From an uncultured Acidobacteriota bacterium (GTDB lineage: Bacteria > Acidobacteriota > JAQAZP01): DNA of 64,000 nt. Below are positions 9,724 to 19,743 of the stretch, piece after piece (position 1 is the stretch's first letter; each line of letters starts with the position of its first letter). The stretch covers positions 1,696,001 through 1,760,000 of the forward strand of contig CAWIIB010000009.1 of NCBI GenBank assembly GCA_963836075.1. Direction: 5' to 3'. The notes under the pieces were generated by a model. It was not told the DNA's origin. It saw nothing but the letters and a program-made list of their open reading frames with translations, and ran no database searches. Both the position numbers and the translations under genes were made by a program.

Positions 9724-10859
9724 AACTGCTCTACCTCCACTCGGGGACCATCGATTCGGGCATGGCCAATGCCGTTCAGGTGGTGCAGATGTGCTCGGCC
9801 TTCGCCCGGGCCGGTGTGGACGTGGTACTGGCCGTGCCGGGAACGGACGCCGCGGCGGCCCGGGAAACCATTGCCGCCCAGACCGGGCAGCAGCCGGAGT
9901 TCCAGATGCGGACCTTTCGCAAGCGGACGCTGTTCGGACGGCTGCAGATGATCGGCGGGTACCTGGGGGTGAAGCGCCTGCTGGCCACCGAGCCCGCCGA
10001 CTGCTGTTTCGTGCGCAACCCGGTGTTCCTCAACGCTCCCCTGCAGTCCGGCATACCCACGGTCTTTGAAGCGCACAACGCGTCGATCCACCAGAGCAGG
10101 CTGATGAACGTCTTCTGGAAACGGCGGTTGATCCGCAATGCCCGGGACCGTCACTGTTCCGCCTTCGTCAGCATCAGCCAGGCCCTCACCGACTTCTGGG
10201 TCCGCTCCGGCGTCCCGCCATCGAAGACGCTTTCGCTGCATGACGCCGTGGATGCCCGGCACTATGCCGAGGTGGAAGACCGCCAATCGGCCCGCCGAGC
10301 TGTCGGGCTCCCGCAGGCCAGGAAAACAGTGGTCTACACCGGCAGCCTCTACCGGGACCGCGGCATCGAGAACATCCTCGAGCTGGCCGGGACCTTCACC
10401 GAGCCGCTCTTCGTGGTGGTGGGGGGGCCGGAAGACCGCCGGCGTCACTACCAGGCCTTGTGCGAAGACCGGGGCATGACCAACATCATTTTCACCGGCC
10501 GGGTGCCGCACAAGGACGTCCGCCGCTATCTTTTTGCCGGTGATGTCCTGCTCATGTTATGGTCTCGGGACGTACCGACAATCGACTATTGCTCGCCGCT
10601 GAAGACCTTCGAGTACATGGCTGCGGGCCGCATCATCGTGGGTCACGGGTTTCCCACCATCCGCGAGGTGCTGACGGACGGCGAAAACGCTTTCCTTGCC
10701 GATCCCGATTCGCTGGCCGACCTGCGGGAGAAACTCGCCGCGGCACTGGACCGGTCCTATCCGGACCCCATGGCGGAGAAGGCGCGCGCGCTGGTTTTGA
10801 ATCGCTACACATGGGATGCCAGGGTCCGGACGATCCTGGAGTTTACGGGATTCGCATGA
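9720..10859 (+). CDS. Glycosyltransferase family 4
   Basis: YTGSLYRDRG, SPLKTFEYMAAG, YTWDARV. Confidence 0.9.
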   Translation: MKLLYLHSGTIDSGMANAVQVVQMCSAFARAGVDVVLAVPGTDAAAARETIAAQTGQQPEFQMRTFRKRTLFGRLQMIGGYLGVKRLLATEPADCCFVRNPVFLNAPLQSGIPTVFEAHNASIHQSRLMNVFWKRRLIRNARDRHCSAFVSISQALTDFWVRSGVPPSKTLSLHDAVDARHYAEVEDRQSARRAVGLPQARKTVVYTGSLYRDRGIENILELAGTFTEPLFVVVGGPEDRRRHYQALCEDRGMTNIIFTGRVPHKDVRRYLFAGDVLLMLWSRDVPTIDYCSPLKTFEYMAAGRIIVGHGFPTIREVLTDGENAFLADPDSLADLREKLAAALDRSYPDPMAEKARALVLNRYTWDARVRTILEFTGFA

Positions 10860-12178
10860 TCTCCTTTCTGCTCTATGCACTGCTGTTCCTGGCCTTCTTC
10901 GTCAACAGTCTGACGGCGTATCAGATCGTGCCCTATTTCTTTTCCTGGTTTATCGAGGGCATCATCGTCCTGCTGTTGTTCATCGCCCTGGCCTCGAAGA
11001 CGAAATCCAGGGACCGGCAGATCTACACCTTTGGCTGGCCCTTCGTCCTCCTCTTCCTCGCCGTCTCCGCCATATCCTTTGTGCTGAACGATACGCGGTT
11101 CCAGCTTGCGCTGCTCTTCTTGCGGCAGACCCTGCGTTTCCACCTGCTGTTCTGGGTACTGCTCACCCTGCCCATCCCGCAGAAGACGATCCGCCGGATT
11201 CACACGCTGCTGGTCTGGCTCTTCCTGCTCCAGATCCCCACCGCCATCGTCAAGCTGGTCATCTTCGGCCATGGTGAACGGGCCATCGGCACCTATGCCA
11301 TCCGGGGCGGGGGCAACTCCACCGTCATCCCGATGATCGCGGCAGGGTTCATCATCTGCTTCCACTACATCCACCGGCCCCGCATCACCTCGTGGCTGTT
11401 CCTGTTGGGATTCCTGGTCTTTGGCCTGGTGGGTGACAAGCGCGCCGTGATCCTGCTGGTCCCCATGGTCATCATCTTCTCGGCGTGGACCATCATCGGC
11501 CGGCGGCTGGAGATGAAGAAGGTGGTGAGCGTCATTTTTCTTTCCATCATCGTGATCGCGATCATTTTCTATGCCGGGGTCAGATTGTTGCCGACCCTCA
11601 ACCCGGACCACAAGGTGGGCGGCCGGTTTTCCCTCGATTTCGCCATCAGTTACATCAAGAACTACAGCGTGGGCTACTCGGGTGTGCGCCACCTCTCCTA
11701 CGGCAGGGTGGAAACCACGCGGAGAATCCATGACCACCTCAAGCGGAGGGGACCCGCCACCTGGCTGTTCGGCATGGGACCGGGCACCTTCACCAAGTCG
11801 AGCTTCGGCCAAAGAGACAAGCACTTCATGGAGGACCAGTTGAGCGGCGTGGGGGTGGCGTACGGGATCATGTCGCTGAACTTCCTGGCTCTGCAGGTGG
11901 GCTATCTCGGCGTGATCTCCTGGATGGGCTTTTTTGTCTACGCCCTGGTGGTGGTGCGGCGCAAGGCGTTGCGGGAGACCGACCCCTACTGGAAGGCCTA
12001 CCAGTCGGGCATGGTCTCCCTCTGCTTCGTCGCCCTGATGATCTCCCTGACCTACAATAATGTCTTCATGGAAAGCGATCTGATCGCCATGGTATATATG
12101 ATGCTGCTGGCCTTTTCGCTGCGGCGCGGCCGGCGTCCCAGCGTCCGGCGCGTGGTGCCGCTGGGCCGGCCTGCATGA
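10856..12178 (+). CDS. Putative polysaccharide polymerase (Wzy/O-antigen ligase-like)
   Basis: ATGA overlap start; ~10 TM helices with a large periplasmic loop (FGMGPG) in a Wzx operon. Confidence 0.65.
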   Translation: MISFLLYALLFLAFFVNSLTAYQIVPYFFSWFIEGIIVLLLFIALASKTKSRDRQIYTFGWPFVLLFLAVSAISFVLNDTRFQLALLFLRQTLRFHLLFWVLLTLPIPQKTIRRIHTLLVWLFLLQIPTAIVKLVIFGHGERAIGTYAIRGGGNSTVIPMIAAGFIICFHYIHRPRITSWLFLLGFLVFGLVGDKRAVILLVPMVIIFSAWTIIGRRLEMKKVVSVIFLSIIVIAIIFYAGVRLLPTLNPDHKVGGRFSLDFAISYIKNYSVGYSGVRHLSYGRVETTRRIHDHLKRRGPATWLFGMGPGTFTKSSFGQRDKHFMEDQLSGVGVAYGIMSLNFLALQVGYLGVISWMGFFVYALVVVRRKALRETDPYWKAYQSGMVSLCFVALMISLTYNNVFMESDLIAMVYMMLLAFSLRRGRRPSVRRVVPLGRPA

Positions 12179-12193
12179 ACCTGGGGGCTGGGC

Positions 12194-12997
12194 ATGAGAC
12201 GTCCGCTGAACAGGGTGGCCAACCTGGTCATCACCACCAAGAACCACATTTTCGGCCGGCAACTCCGGCCGTTCACCGCCTTCTTCGATTCGAGGTATCC
12301 CCCGACCAAGTTCCTCTCCCTGAAAAAGCCGATGGTGAACATCCGCTGCATCCTCTGCGGTTATCCGCGCAGCGGCACGGCCTGGATCCTCAACGTGATC
12401 AATCAGAGCACGTCGCACAAGACCGCACAGATCCAGAAACGCACGGTCACCCCGGGGGACAGGGAGATCTGCCTGATCAAGGTCCACGCGCGCAACAGGC
12501 TGGTGGCCCGGCTCAAGACCCTGCTCATCCTGCCGCGGCACCGTTTCGGGGGGAAGTACATCTACGTCTACCGTGACCCGCGCGACGCGATCCTCTCGCT
12601 CTACGAGATGTACAAGAATTCCAAGGACACTCCGGACCTGTCCCAGGAGGAGTTCATCAGACAGACCGATCCCATCGGTCAATACAAGTGGGAAATTCAG
12701 GACTGGGTGCTCAAGCCGCACAAGAATGTGTTGCTGGTCCGCTACGAGGACCTGAAGGAAGATCCGGTGGCCATGTTCCGTCGGATTTTCAGCTACCTGG
12801 GTATCGACGATCCGGTGAACGAGGAGGCGCTGGGCCAGAGGGTGGGCGGGGCCGACCGCAAGGACCGTCCCCGGGCCACCGCTTACGGGTGGAAGAACGC
12901 TCCGCCGGAATACCGGCACCTCATCGGGGCGATCAACGATCGCCTGGCCGGGGAAATCAAAGCGCTGAACTATGAAATCGAACGTCCTCTTCATTGA
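12194..12997 (+). CDS. Sulfotransferase domain protein
   Basis: GYPRSGTAWI, YRDPRDAILS, VRYEDL. Confidence 0.88.
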   Translation: MRRPLNRVANLVITTKNHIFGRQLRPFTAFFDSRYPPTKFLSLKKPMVNIRCILCGYPRSGTAWILNVINQSTSHKTAQIQKRTVTPGDREICLIKVHARNRLVARLKTLLILPRHRFGGKYIYVYRDPRDAILSLYEMYKNSKDTPDLSQEEFIRQTDPIGQYKWEIQDWVLKPHKNVLLVRYEDLKEDPVAMFRRIFSYLGIDDPVNEEALGQRVGGADRKDRPRATAYGWKNAPPEYRHLIGAINDRLAGEIKALNYEIERPLH

Positions 12998-14147
12998 CAC
13001 CGGAGACTTCGAGTCGTTCCCGCCCGGGGGGACCCTCAACTTCGCCAAGCAGATGCTCTCCTCGTTTGGCAACCGGCTCTGCCTGGTGGGGATCACCACC
13101 GACGGGCTGCCGGTGGGCCGCTGGGTGGAGCGGGAGATCGGCGGGGAGACCTACGACTACTTCGCCGTGGGCCGTCGCGCCGCATCGGCGAAGAAACCCC
13201 TGGTCCCGCCGCGCATCTCGGGATACCTGCAGCTGCGCCGCCACCGGGAGGAGATCCTGGCCCGGGGTGTGCGAAGCGTGTTCATCCAGACCCACCACGT
13301 GATGCTGGCGGTGCACGACTGGCCCTGGGAACATGTCTGTTTCCGCTTCCCCGGCGTGGAGAACCCGCTGGCCATCTCGCGCTACCCGGGGGTGCAGTTG
13401 CTGGCCCGACCCTTTGCCCGGCGGTTCTATGGCGCCGTGCAGCGGGCCGACTGCATCCTGGCCGCGGCCGATGATCAGGCGATAACCGGGATGGTGGGAC
13501 AGAGCGGCGGTCTTCTCAGCCGCGAGCAGGTGACCGGTTTCCCCACGCGGGTGGACACCGAACTGTTCCGCCCCGCCTCCCGTTCCCGCAGCCGGCAGCA
13601 GGCGGGGTTGCCGGAGACGGCGGTGGTGCTGGCCAGCTGCGGCCGGATCCACTGGGCCAAGGGCTGGAAGCTGCTGATCGACGCCTTTGCCATACTGCTC
13701 CAGACGCACCCGGACGCGTATCTCTGCTTCATCGGGGACGGCCAGGACCGGGGCCGACTGGAAACCTATGCCGCCGAGAGAGGAGTCAGCGAGCGCATCC
13801 GCATCACCGGCTTCCAGCCGCCACGCCTGGTGGCTGCCTGGCTCAATGCCGCGGACGTCTATGTCTCCGGCTCGCTGCGCGAGGGGTGGTCCACGGTGAT
13901 GATCGAAGCCCAGGGGTGCGGCCTGCCCATTGTCACCACCCGGGTGAGCAGCGCGGGGGAAATCATTGCCCCGGGCCGCACCGGGTATATTATTGACGGG
14001 CGCGACCCCGACGACTTTGCCGCGGCGGTGCGGAACGCTCTCGCCCTGGAGAACGTCGGGGATATTGCGGTGCCGCATGCTGACCGATACGCACTGAAGC
14101 ATCTGAAAGAGGATCTCGAAACGCTGTTCCCACCCTTGCGAGCGTGA
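12972..14147 (+). CDS. Glycosyltransferase family 4
   Basis: [24 protein letters not shown]. Confidence 0.88.
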   Translation: MKSNVLFIDTGDFESFPPGGTLNFAKQMLSSFGNRLCLVGITTDGLPVGRWVEREIGGETYDYFAVGRRAASAKKPLVPPRISGYLQLRRHREEILARGVRSVFIQTHHVMLAVHDWPWEHVCFRFPGVENPLAISRYPGVQLLARPFARRFYGAVQRADCILAAADDQAITGMVGQSGGLLSREQVTGFPTRVDTELFRPASRSRSRQQAGLPETAVVLASCGRIHWAKGWKLLIDAFAILLQTHPDAYLCFIGDGQDRGRLETYAAERGVSERIRITGFQPPRLVAAWLNAADVYVSGSLREGWSTVMIEAQGCGLPIVTTRVSSAGEIIAPGRTGYIIDGRDPDDFAAAVRNALALENVGDIAVPHADRYALKHLKEDLETLFPPLRA

Positions 14148-14773
14148 CCATGATCAGACCCGACAACCAGCGGACCACCGGAAACGACCCGCTATCCAAT
14201 GTGCGGCCGGGGCGTTCCCCGGCAATGTTCAAGCTGCGCCTGCTGCTCAACTCGCTGCGCTCCTGGCTCTATTTCAGACTGCGGGCGCCGTGGGTCAGGA
14301 GAAGCGGGATGGTGCGCGTCCCCTGGAGCGTCAGGATGTTCTCGCCCCACCGGGACATCAGCCTGGGCAACCGGGTGCAGTTCGGCCGGGGCTGCCTGAT
14401 CCAGTGCGATTGCCGTTTCGGCGACAACATTCTGATGGCCCGGGACGTGGCGTTCATCGGACGGGACGACCACCGCTACGACATGGTGGGAGTGACTCTC
14501 TGGGATTCGCCACGGGGCGACACCAGGAAGACGGTGGTGGAGGACGATGTATGGATCGGGTTTCGGGTGACGATCCTCGCCGGGGTGACCATCGGCCGGG
14601 GCGCCATCGTCGCCGCCGGGGCCCTGGTCACCGAGGACGTTCCCCGTTACAGCATCGCCGGGGGTGTTCCCGCACGGGTCATTGGAACGAGATTCACCAC
14701 CGAACAGATTGTGGCCCACGAGGACGCTCTGGGCTACGCGGAGCGCAGCGGAACCACGGACGGGATGCCATGA
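14144..14773 (+). CDS. Hexapeptide-repeat (LbH) O-acyltransferase
   Basis: VEDDVWIG...[24 protein letters not shown]...GGVPARVI. Confidence 0.9.
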   Translation: MTMIRPDNQRTTGNDPLSNVRPGRSPAMFKLRLLLNSLRSWLYFRLRAPWVRRSGMVRVPWSVRMFSPHRDISLGNRVQFGRGCLIQCDCRFGDNILMARDVAFIGRDDHRYDMVGVTLWDSPRGDTRKTVVEDDVWIGFRVTILAGVTIGRGAIVAAGALVTEDVPRYSIAGGVPARVIGTRFTTEQIVAHEDALGYAERSGTTDGMP

Positions 14774-15636
14774 ACAGCTTGACCCACAGGATATTGATGA
14801 CGCGGCGGCACTGGCTGAAGCGGGTGCAGTACCTGATGATGCGGCACCCGTTGCCGTTGACCCGCCATGGCCGGCAGGCGTTCAGCACCGGGCCGCGCAT
14901 CTTTGCCAACAGTATTCCCAAGGCCGGGACGAACCTGATCAAGCGCACGGTCAACCTGCTGCCCTGCGTGGTGCCCCGCTGGACCTACCACCTGGACCAG
15001 CGGATCCCCGGCACCATGAAGCAGCTGCAGTACACCCACAAGGGCCAGGCGGTCACCGCGCACATGGGGTGGAGCGCTGATCTGGTGGCCCTGCTCAGCT
15101 CGCGGGAGTTCAGGATCCTCTTCATCCTGCGCGACCCGCGCGACGTGCTGGTCTCCTTCGTGGACTATGTCACCCGCAAGGACCCCAGCCACCTGCTCCA
15201 CGCCTACTTCAATACGCTGCCCTCGGATGACGAACGGTTGCTGGCATCGATCATCGGTGTGGACGGGCGGCATCTGCCTTACGGCATTCCCCTGCTCTCG
15301 GCGGGGGAGCAGCTTGAAGCCTATCTCCCGTGGCTCGACGAGCCCGGCTGCCTGACCTTCTCCTTCGAGGACCTGGTGGGCAGTGCGGGCGGGGGCGATG
15401 ACGCGAACCAGCTGCGGACCGTCGCCGCCATCGTGGACCACCTGGGGTTGAAGGCCACCCGGAAGGAGATCGATGATCTGGCCGGCAGGGTGTTCTCCCG
15501 CAAAGTCCGGACCTTCCGCAAGGGCCGAATCAGGGACTGGCCCAACCATTTCACCGGGCGGCACAAGGAGGCGTTCAAGGAGAATGCCGGCGACACCCTG
15601 ATCAGGCTGGGCTATGAAACCGGAAATGACTGGTGA
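14770..15636 (+). CDS. Sulfotransferase domain protein
   Basis: ATGA overlap start; [28 protein letters not shown]. Confidence 0.88.
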   Translation: MNSLTHRILMTRRHWLKRVQYLMMRHPLPLTRHGRQAFSTGPRIFANSIPKAGTNLIKRTVNLLPCVVPRWTYHLDQRIPGTMKQLQYTHKGQAVTAHMGWSADLVALLSSREFRILFILRDPRDVLVSFVDYVTRKDPSHLLHAYFNTLPSDDERLLASIIGVDGRHLPYGIPLLSAGEQLEAYLPWLDEPGCLTFSFEDLVGSAGGGDDANQLRTVAAIVDHLGLKATRKEIDDLAGRVFSRKVRTFRKGRIRDWPNHFTGRHKEAFKENAGDTLIRLGYETGNDW

Positions 15637-16418
15637 GCGGAGTGGACGAACGGGTTGCAGTGAGCGGCGAGCAGTTGCTGGACTACCGGGTGGTCAACGA
15701 TGGTGCGGACCGCCTCGTCGAATCCATCGGGACCTGGATAGAAGAGGGGGACCGCTGCAGGTGGTTTGCCTGTATGAACCCGCACTCCTGGGTCGTTGCC
15801 CGGTCCAACGCTGTTTTTGCCCGGGCGCTGCGCCAGGCCGACTGGCTGGTGCCCGACGGGCAGGGCATCGTGCTGGCCTCCCGGCTGTTCGGGGGCAGGA
15901 TACGGGAACGGGTGACCGGCAGCGATGTGTTCAACGGCATCAACGGCTTCCTGGACCGCACCGGGGGTCGGGTGTTTTTCCTGGGGTCCACCGAGGAGAC
16001 CCTGGACGGCATCAGGCAACGGAGCGGCCGGGACTGGCCGGGCATTGCCATCGCGGGGACCTGGTCGCCGCCCTTCGTGCCCCGGTTTTCCGCAGAGGAC
16101 ACCGACCGGATGGTGGAGGCGATCAATGCCGCCCGGCCCCAGGTGCTCTGGGTGGGAATGACCGCGCCCAAGCAGGAGATGTGGGTTTTTGAAAATTTCC
16201 ACCGTCTGGAGACGGTGCGGTTCGCGGGGGCCATCGGTGCGGTCTTCGATTTCTACGCCGGGAATATCAGGCGCTCGCACCCGCTGTTCCTGCGGACGGG
16301 GCTGGAGTGGCTGCCCCGGCTGCTGCGGGAGCCGCGCCGGCTCTGGAGACGGAACTTCGTCTCCACACCGCTGTTCCTCTTCCACCTCACCGCCCGCCGC
16401 CTGGGAGTGAAACAATGA
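15633..16418 (+). CDS. WecB/TagA/CpsF family glycosyltransferase (GT26)
   Basis: NPH, PDGQG, RVTGSD, VGMTAPKQE, GAVFDF, GLEWLPRLLREPRRLWRR. Confidence 0.92.
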   Translation: MSGVDERVAVSGEQLLDYRVVNDGADRLVESIGTWIEEGDRCRWFACMNPHSWVVARSNAVFARALRQADWLVPDGQGIVLASRLFGGRIRERVTGSDVFNGINGFLDRTGGRVFFLGSTEETLDGIRQRSGRDWPGIAIAGTWSPPFVPRFSAEDTDRMVEAINAARPQVLWVGMTAPKQEMWVFENFHRLETVRFAGAIGAVFDFYAGNIRRSHPLFLRTGLEWLPRLLREPRRLWRRNFVSTPLFLFHLTARRLGVKQ

Positions 16419-17515
16419 CGGGTGTCCGCACCCTGTTCGCCCTGGCCGCCGGAGACCGGGCAGCGGCTCTTCCCTGCGATGCTGAGCAGACAGCTATTGA
16501 TCTGCTGGGCCCCCGGCGCTCGCTGTTCCTCCGCCTGATCCCCCGCATTACCCGTACGCTGGCCCGGGCCGGAGCTCTGGGAAGCATTTCGGAGCGCCTG
16601 GCCGCCGACCTGCACCGGTTCTCCCAGTCCCTGGTGGCCCACGACCTGCACCAGCAGCAGTGGCTCCGCCGGTTCCTCACCGAGCGGCGGCCAGGGGACA
16701 TCCCGGTGATCCTGCTCAAGGGCACCGCCTTCTCGGGGTCGCTCTATCCGCCCGATGCGCCGAGACTGTCACAGGATATCGACCTGCTGGTCAAGCCGGA
16801 ACAGTTCCACCGCATGTGCGAAATCCTCGCTGCTGAAGGGGAGCCGCTGAAGGTTGATACGGGGCGGAGATATACCTGGAGCAGGCTTTTCGAGGCCGTC
16901 TTCCGCATCCCCGGCGCGCTGCCCCTGCTGGTGGAAGTTCACCGGGATCTCACCAGGGCGCACCAGTTCCGTATCGAACACCACGGCCTCTGGGAGCGGA
17001 GCGATCAGAGCCCGGAATACCAGGACCCGGCGGTGCGCCAGCTGTCGCCGGAGGATACGCTGCTCCACCTCGCGCTGCATGAATACAGGCACGGCGCACC
17101 CCAGCCGCACAGTTACCTCGACGCCTGGTCGGTGCTCAACCGCTGGACCCCGGACCTGGGCCGGGTGGTCCAGCTGGCCCGCCGGTGGGGCTGTTCGACC
17201 ATCCTTTACTCGCTGCTCCGCCGGGTGGAATATTGGTTCGATCCGGAGGGGTGTGAAGGGGATGGCCTGGAAGGCGTGCTGCAGGCGCTGGAACCGTCAG
17301 GCATCAAAAAGGCCGTGCTGGACAGGCTATTCCCCTGCAACTGCTTCGAGCCGGTGCGCCATACCTGGCCCTGGCCCCAGCGAACCGCGTCGCTGTCGCT
17401 GCTGGACCACACCTCCCGCATACCACGCTTCGCCTTCTCCTACCTGGCCCACCGCAGCGCCGACCTGGCCCTGCTCCTCATCGATCGCATCAGCGGAGCC
17501 ACTACAGGGCGCTGA
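16415..17515 (+). CDS. Nucleotidyltransferase family protein (NTP_transf_5 type, often lasso-cluster associated)
   Basis: LLKG, RLSQDIDLLV, VEVH, DTLLHLALH; ATGA overlap with the upstream gene. Confidence 0.8.
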   Translation: MTGVRTLFALAAGDRAAALPCDAEQTAIDLLGPRRSLFLRLIPRITRTLARAGALGSISERLAADLHRFSQSLVAHDLHQQQWLRRFLTERRPGDIPVILLKGTAFSGSLYPPDAPRLSQDIDLLVKPEQFHRMCEILAAEGEPLKVDTGRRYTWSRLFEAVFRIPGALPLLVEVHRDLTRAHQFRIEHHGLWERSDQSPEYQDPAVRQLSPEDTLLHLALHEYRHGAPQPHSYLDAWSVLNRWTPDLGRVVQLARRWGCSTILYSLLRRVEYWFDPEGCEGDGLEGVLQALEPSGIKKAVLDRLFPCNCFEPVRHTWPWPQRTASLSLLDHTSRIPRFAFSYLAHRSADLALLLIDRISGATTGR

Positions 17516-17592
17516 CCGGATCTCGCCTGTCCCTTTCCCCTGACCAGGTGCCGCTCTATACTGGGGTACACCTGCTCAGTTCCGGAGGCACC

Positions 17593-19431
17593 ATGGGCGC
17601 ACTTCTGGCGGTGCTGGGGGAAGCCGGTGATCCGGCGCTTCCCGGCCTTCTTCAGCGAATGACCGAGCGATCGCCTTACTGCGGCGCCGTGGAGCGGCGG
17701 ATCGAGGGCGGACTCGCCGTGGCCGTGCAGTCACTGGGCTGGGACGCCTCGCTGGCCGTGGCTGCGGACCGGCTGGTGGCCGTGCACGGCTACCTGGGCC
17801 GCTGGGAGCGCGAGGCCCGGGGCCTGGACCTGGACCCCGCCTGGCCCGCGGCGAAGAAGCTGGCGCTGGCGCACCGCCAACTGGGGCCCGACCTGTTTCC
17901 CTTGCTGCGCGGCGAGTTTGCGCTGCTGATCCACGACCTTGAGCGGCGACACCTTCTCGTCCTGCGGGATGTGGTGGGTTGCCGGCCGCTGTTCTTTGAA
18001 CAGGCGGGAGGCCGGGCCTTTCTGGCCACCGAGATCCAGCAGGTACTGGCCGGCTCCGGCAGCACGCCGCGGTTGAACAGCGATGCCGTGGTGGACTACC
18101 TGCTCAACCGTCCGCTGGCTCGGGAGGAGACGATCCAGTTGCCCGTTCGCCGGGTGCTGCCGGGGCGGAGCTATTCCTTCGGCGGCGCCGAGCCCTGCTC
18201 CCCGCCCCGACGGACCGAATACTGGACCCCGCCGCAGGTCCGCCGCCCCGCACCCGGCATGGAGGAACTGGTCCATCAGCTGGGGTCCCTGCTGCGGAGC
18301 GCACTGCAGGCCTCCCTTCCGGACCGGCCCTTTGCGCTGGCGCTCAGCGGGGGAGTGGATTCCCCCACACTCTGGGGGCTGCTGGCCCGTCTGGCCGCCG
18401 ACGGGGACCGGCAGGCGGCAAATGGCGCCCCGTTTTCGCTGGTCTACCCGGGGATGGAGTGTGACGAGCGGCCGCTGATCGAACAGGTGCTCCAGCGCAG
18501 CGGTTCGGCTGGCCGGTTCATCGACATGACCGGCCGCGGGCCCCTGGAAGCCTACCCGGAGTTGCTGGCCATCACCGGGACGCTGTTCCCCCTGACCCTC
18601 TACCAGTTCGGCCCGCTTTTCGAAGCGGCGGGCCGCGAGGGCCGGAATGTTCTGCTCACCGGCCTGGGGCCGGACGACTGGCTGCGGGGCAATCTGGGGT
18701 ATATTCCCGACCTGCTGCTGCGGGGAAGGCTCCCCAGCGCCCTCCGCGACACGTTCACTTTCGAGCTGCCCCATGGGCTTTCCCGCCCGGCGCTGCTCAG
18801 GCGGCTCCTCGGACAGGCCGGCAGGCGTTTTCTACCCCGGTTGCGCCGCGATACCCGTCCGCCGTGGCTCACCAAAACGGCCTGGCAGCGGGCGGGAGCG
18901 GGGACATGCCGCTATCCCTGGGACCGGGTCCGCATCCCCCTGGCCCGCCGGGCCCTGCTCCGCGATCTGGAGCGCTATCGCAGCGGTCTGTTTCTCGAGC
19001 CGGCGGCCCAGTTCGCGGCCAGCGCCGGGATGGAACTGCGGCACCCGCTGCTGGGCGTGGATTTTGTGGAGTTCGCCTTCCGTTCCCCGGCCCGGGCGTT
19101 CATCGGCGGCCGGCGGTTTAAGGATCTCCTGCGCCTGTCCGCCGGAGATCTCCTGCCGCCGGAAGTTCGCGACAAGACCCGGCGGGTGGTGTTCGACTGC
19201 CTTTTCGGGCCCGCGGTCCGGCGATTTGCCGAAATTGGAAACCCGCATGGTGTTGAATGTGTACGTTGTGATATATTAACGGCTACAGAAACATCAAAGC
19301 GTTACTACAGATTGGCGACAGAAGGTACGGTTGGATCGTCCACTCTTCATGATGTTCGGATTCATATTGCGGAGAGCCTTTTCCAACATTTTCTAATGCA
19401 ACGGACAGAGGTGGGCGATAAGACCTGCTAG
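17593..19431 (+). CDS. Asparagine-synthetase-like lasso peptide cyclase (C protein)
   Basis: GEFA, RDVVGCRPLF, PP-loop ALSGGVDS, TGLGPDD, ELRHPLL; no N-terminal catalytic Cys (MGALL...); RBS GGAGG; next to the precursor and in a cluster with B1/B2. Confidence 0.85.
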   Translation: MGALLAVLGEAGDPALPGLLQRMTERSPYCGAVERRIEGGLAVAVQSLGWDASLAVAADRLVAVHGYLGRWEREARGLDLDPAWPAAKKLALAHRQLGPDLFPLLRGEFALLIHDLERRHLLVLRDVVGCRPLFFEQAGGRAFLATEIQQVLAGSGSTPRLNSDAVVDYLLNRPLAREETIQLPVRRVLPGRSYSFGGAEPCSPPRRTEYWTPPQVRRPAPGMEELVHQLGSLLRSALQASLPDRPFALALSGGVDSPTLWGLLARLAADGDRQAANGAPFSLVYPGMECDERPLIEQVLQRSGSAGRFIDMTGRGPLEAYPELLAITGTLFPLTLYQFGPLFEAAGREGRNVLLTGLGPDDWLRGNLGYIPDLLLRGRLPSALRDTFTFELPHGLSRPALLRRLLGQAGRRFLPRLRRDTRPPWLTKTAWQRAGAGTCRYPWDRVRIPLARRALLRDLERYRSGLFLEPAAQFAASAGMELRHPLLGVDFVEFAFRSPARAFIGGRRFKDLLRLSAGDLLPPEVRDKTRRVVFDCLFGPAVRRFAEIGNPHGVECVRCDILTATETSKRYYRLATEGTVGSSTLHDVRIHIAESLFQHFLMQRTEVGDKTC

Positions 19432-19452
19432 TGGATTTGCAGAGGAGGGTAA

Positions 19453-19650
19453 ATGTCAATCAGAGATTATCCAGCGTCTGCCGATCGTCCGGGCCTCGAG
19501 CCGATGGATGATCGGAAACACCCACCGTGCGGCACCGCCGGGCTGCGGCCTTATCAGCCACCGGTGGTAAAGGTCTTCCCGGTTGCCGAGTTGGTACGCA
19601 GTGGCGGCGGCTCCAACACAGATGCATTTGGTGAGGGCGAATTCGAGTAG
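19453..19650 (+). CDS. Lasso peptide precursor (A)
   Basis: RBS AGGAGG; leader YQPPVV...VAELVR followed by core SGGGSNTDAFGEGEFE with Asp at position 8. Confidence 0.8.
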   Translation: MSIRDYPASADRPGLEPMDDRKHPPCGTAGLRPYQPPVVKVFPVAELVRSGGGSNTDAFGEGEFE

Positions 19651-19743
19651 GACGTGCTCACCTCATACCGGCCACCCTGCCCGGTCAAAGCCCGTGGTCT
19701 TCACGGCATCCGGCAGGGCCGCTGGTCAGAAAGGGGAAAGGTG

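Noticed and set aside
10805-13099. 764-aa minus-strand ORF (similarly 1003..2118, 3367..4686, 40563..41804, 59135..61165, 61428..63638)
   Set aside because: Antisense shadows of well-supported plus-strand genes; expected in high-GC DNA, with no motifs
17593-19431. Housekeeping asparagine synthetase AsnB or EPS amidotransferase
   Set aside because: No N-terminal catalytic Cys, and precursor, B1 and B2 are in the same cluster
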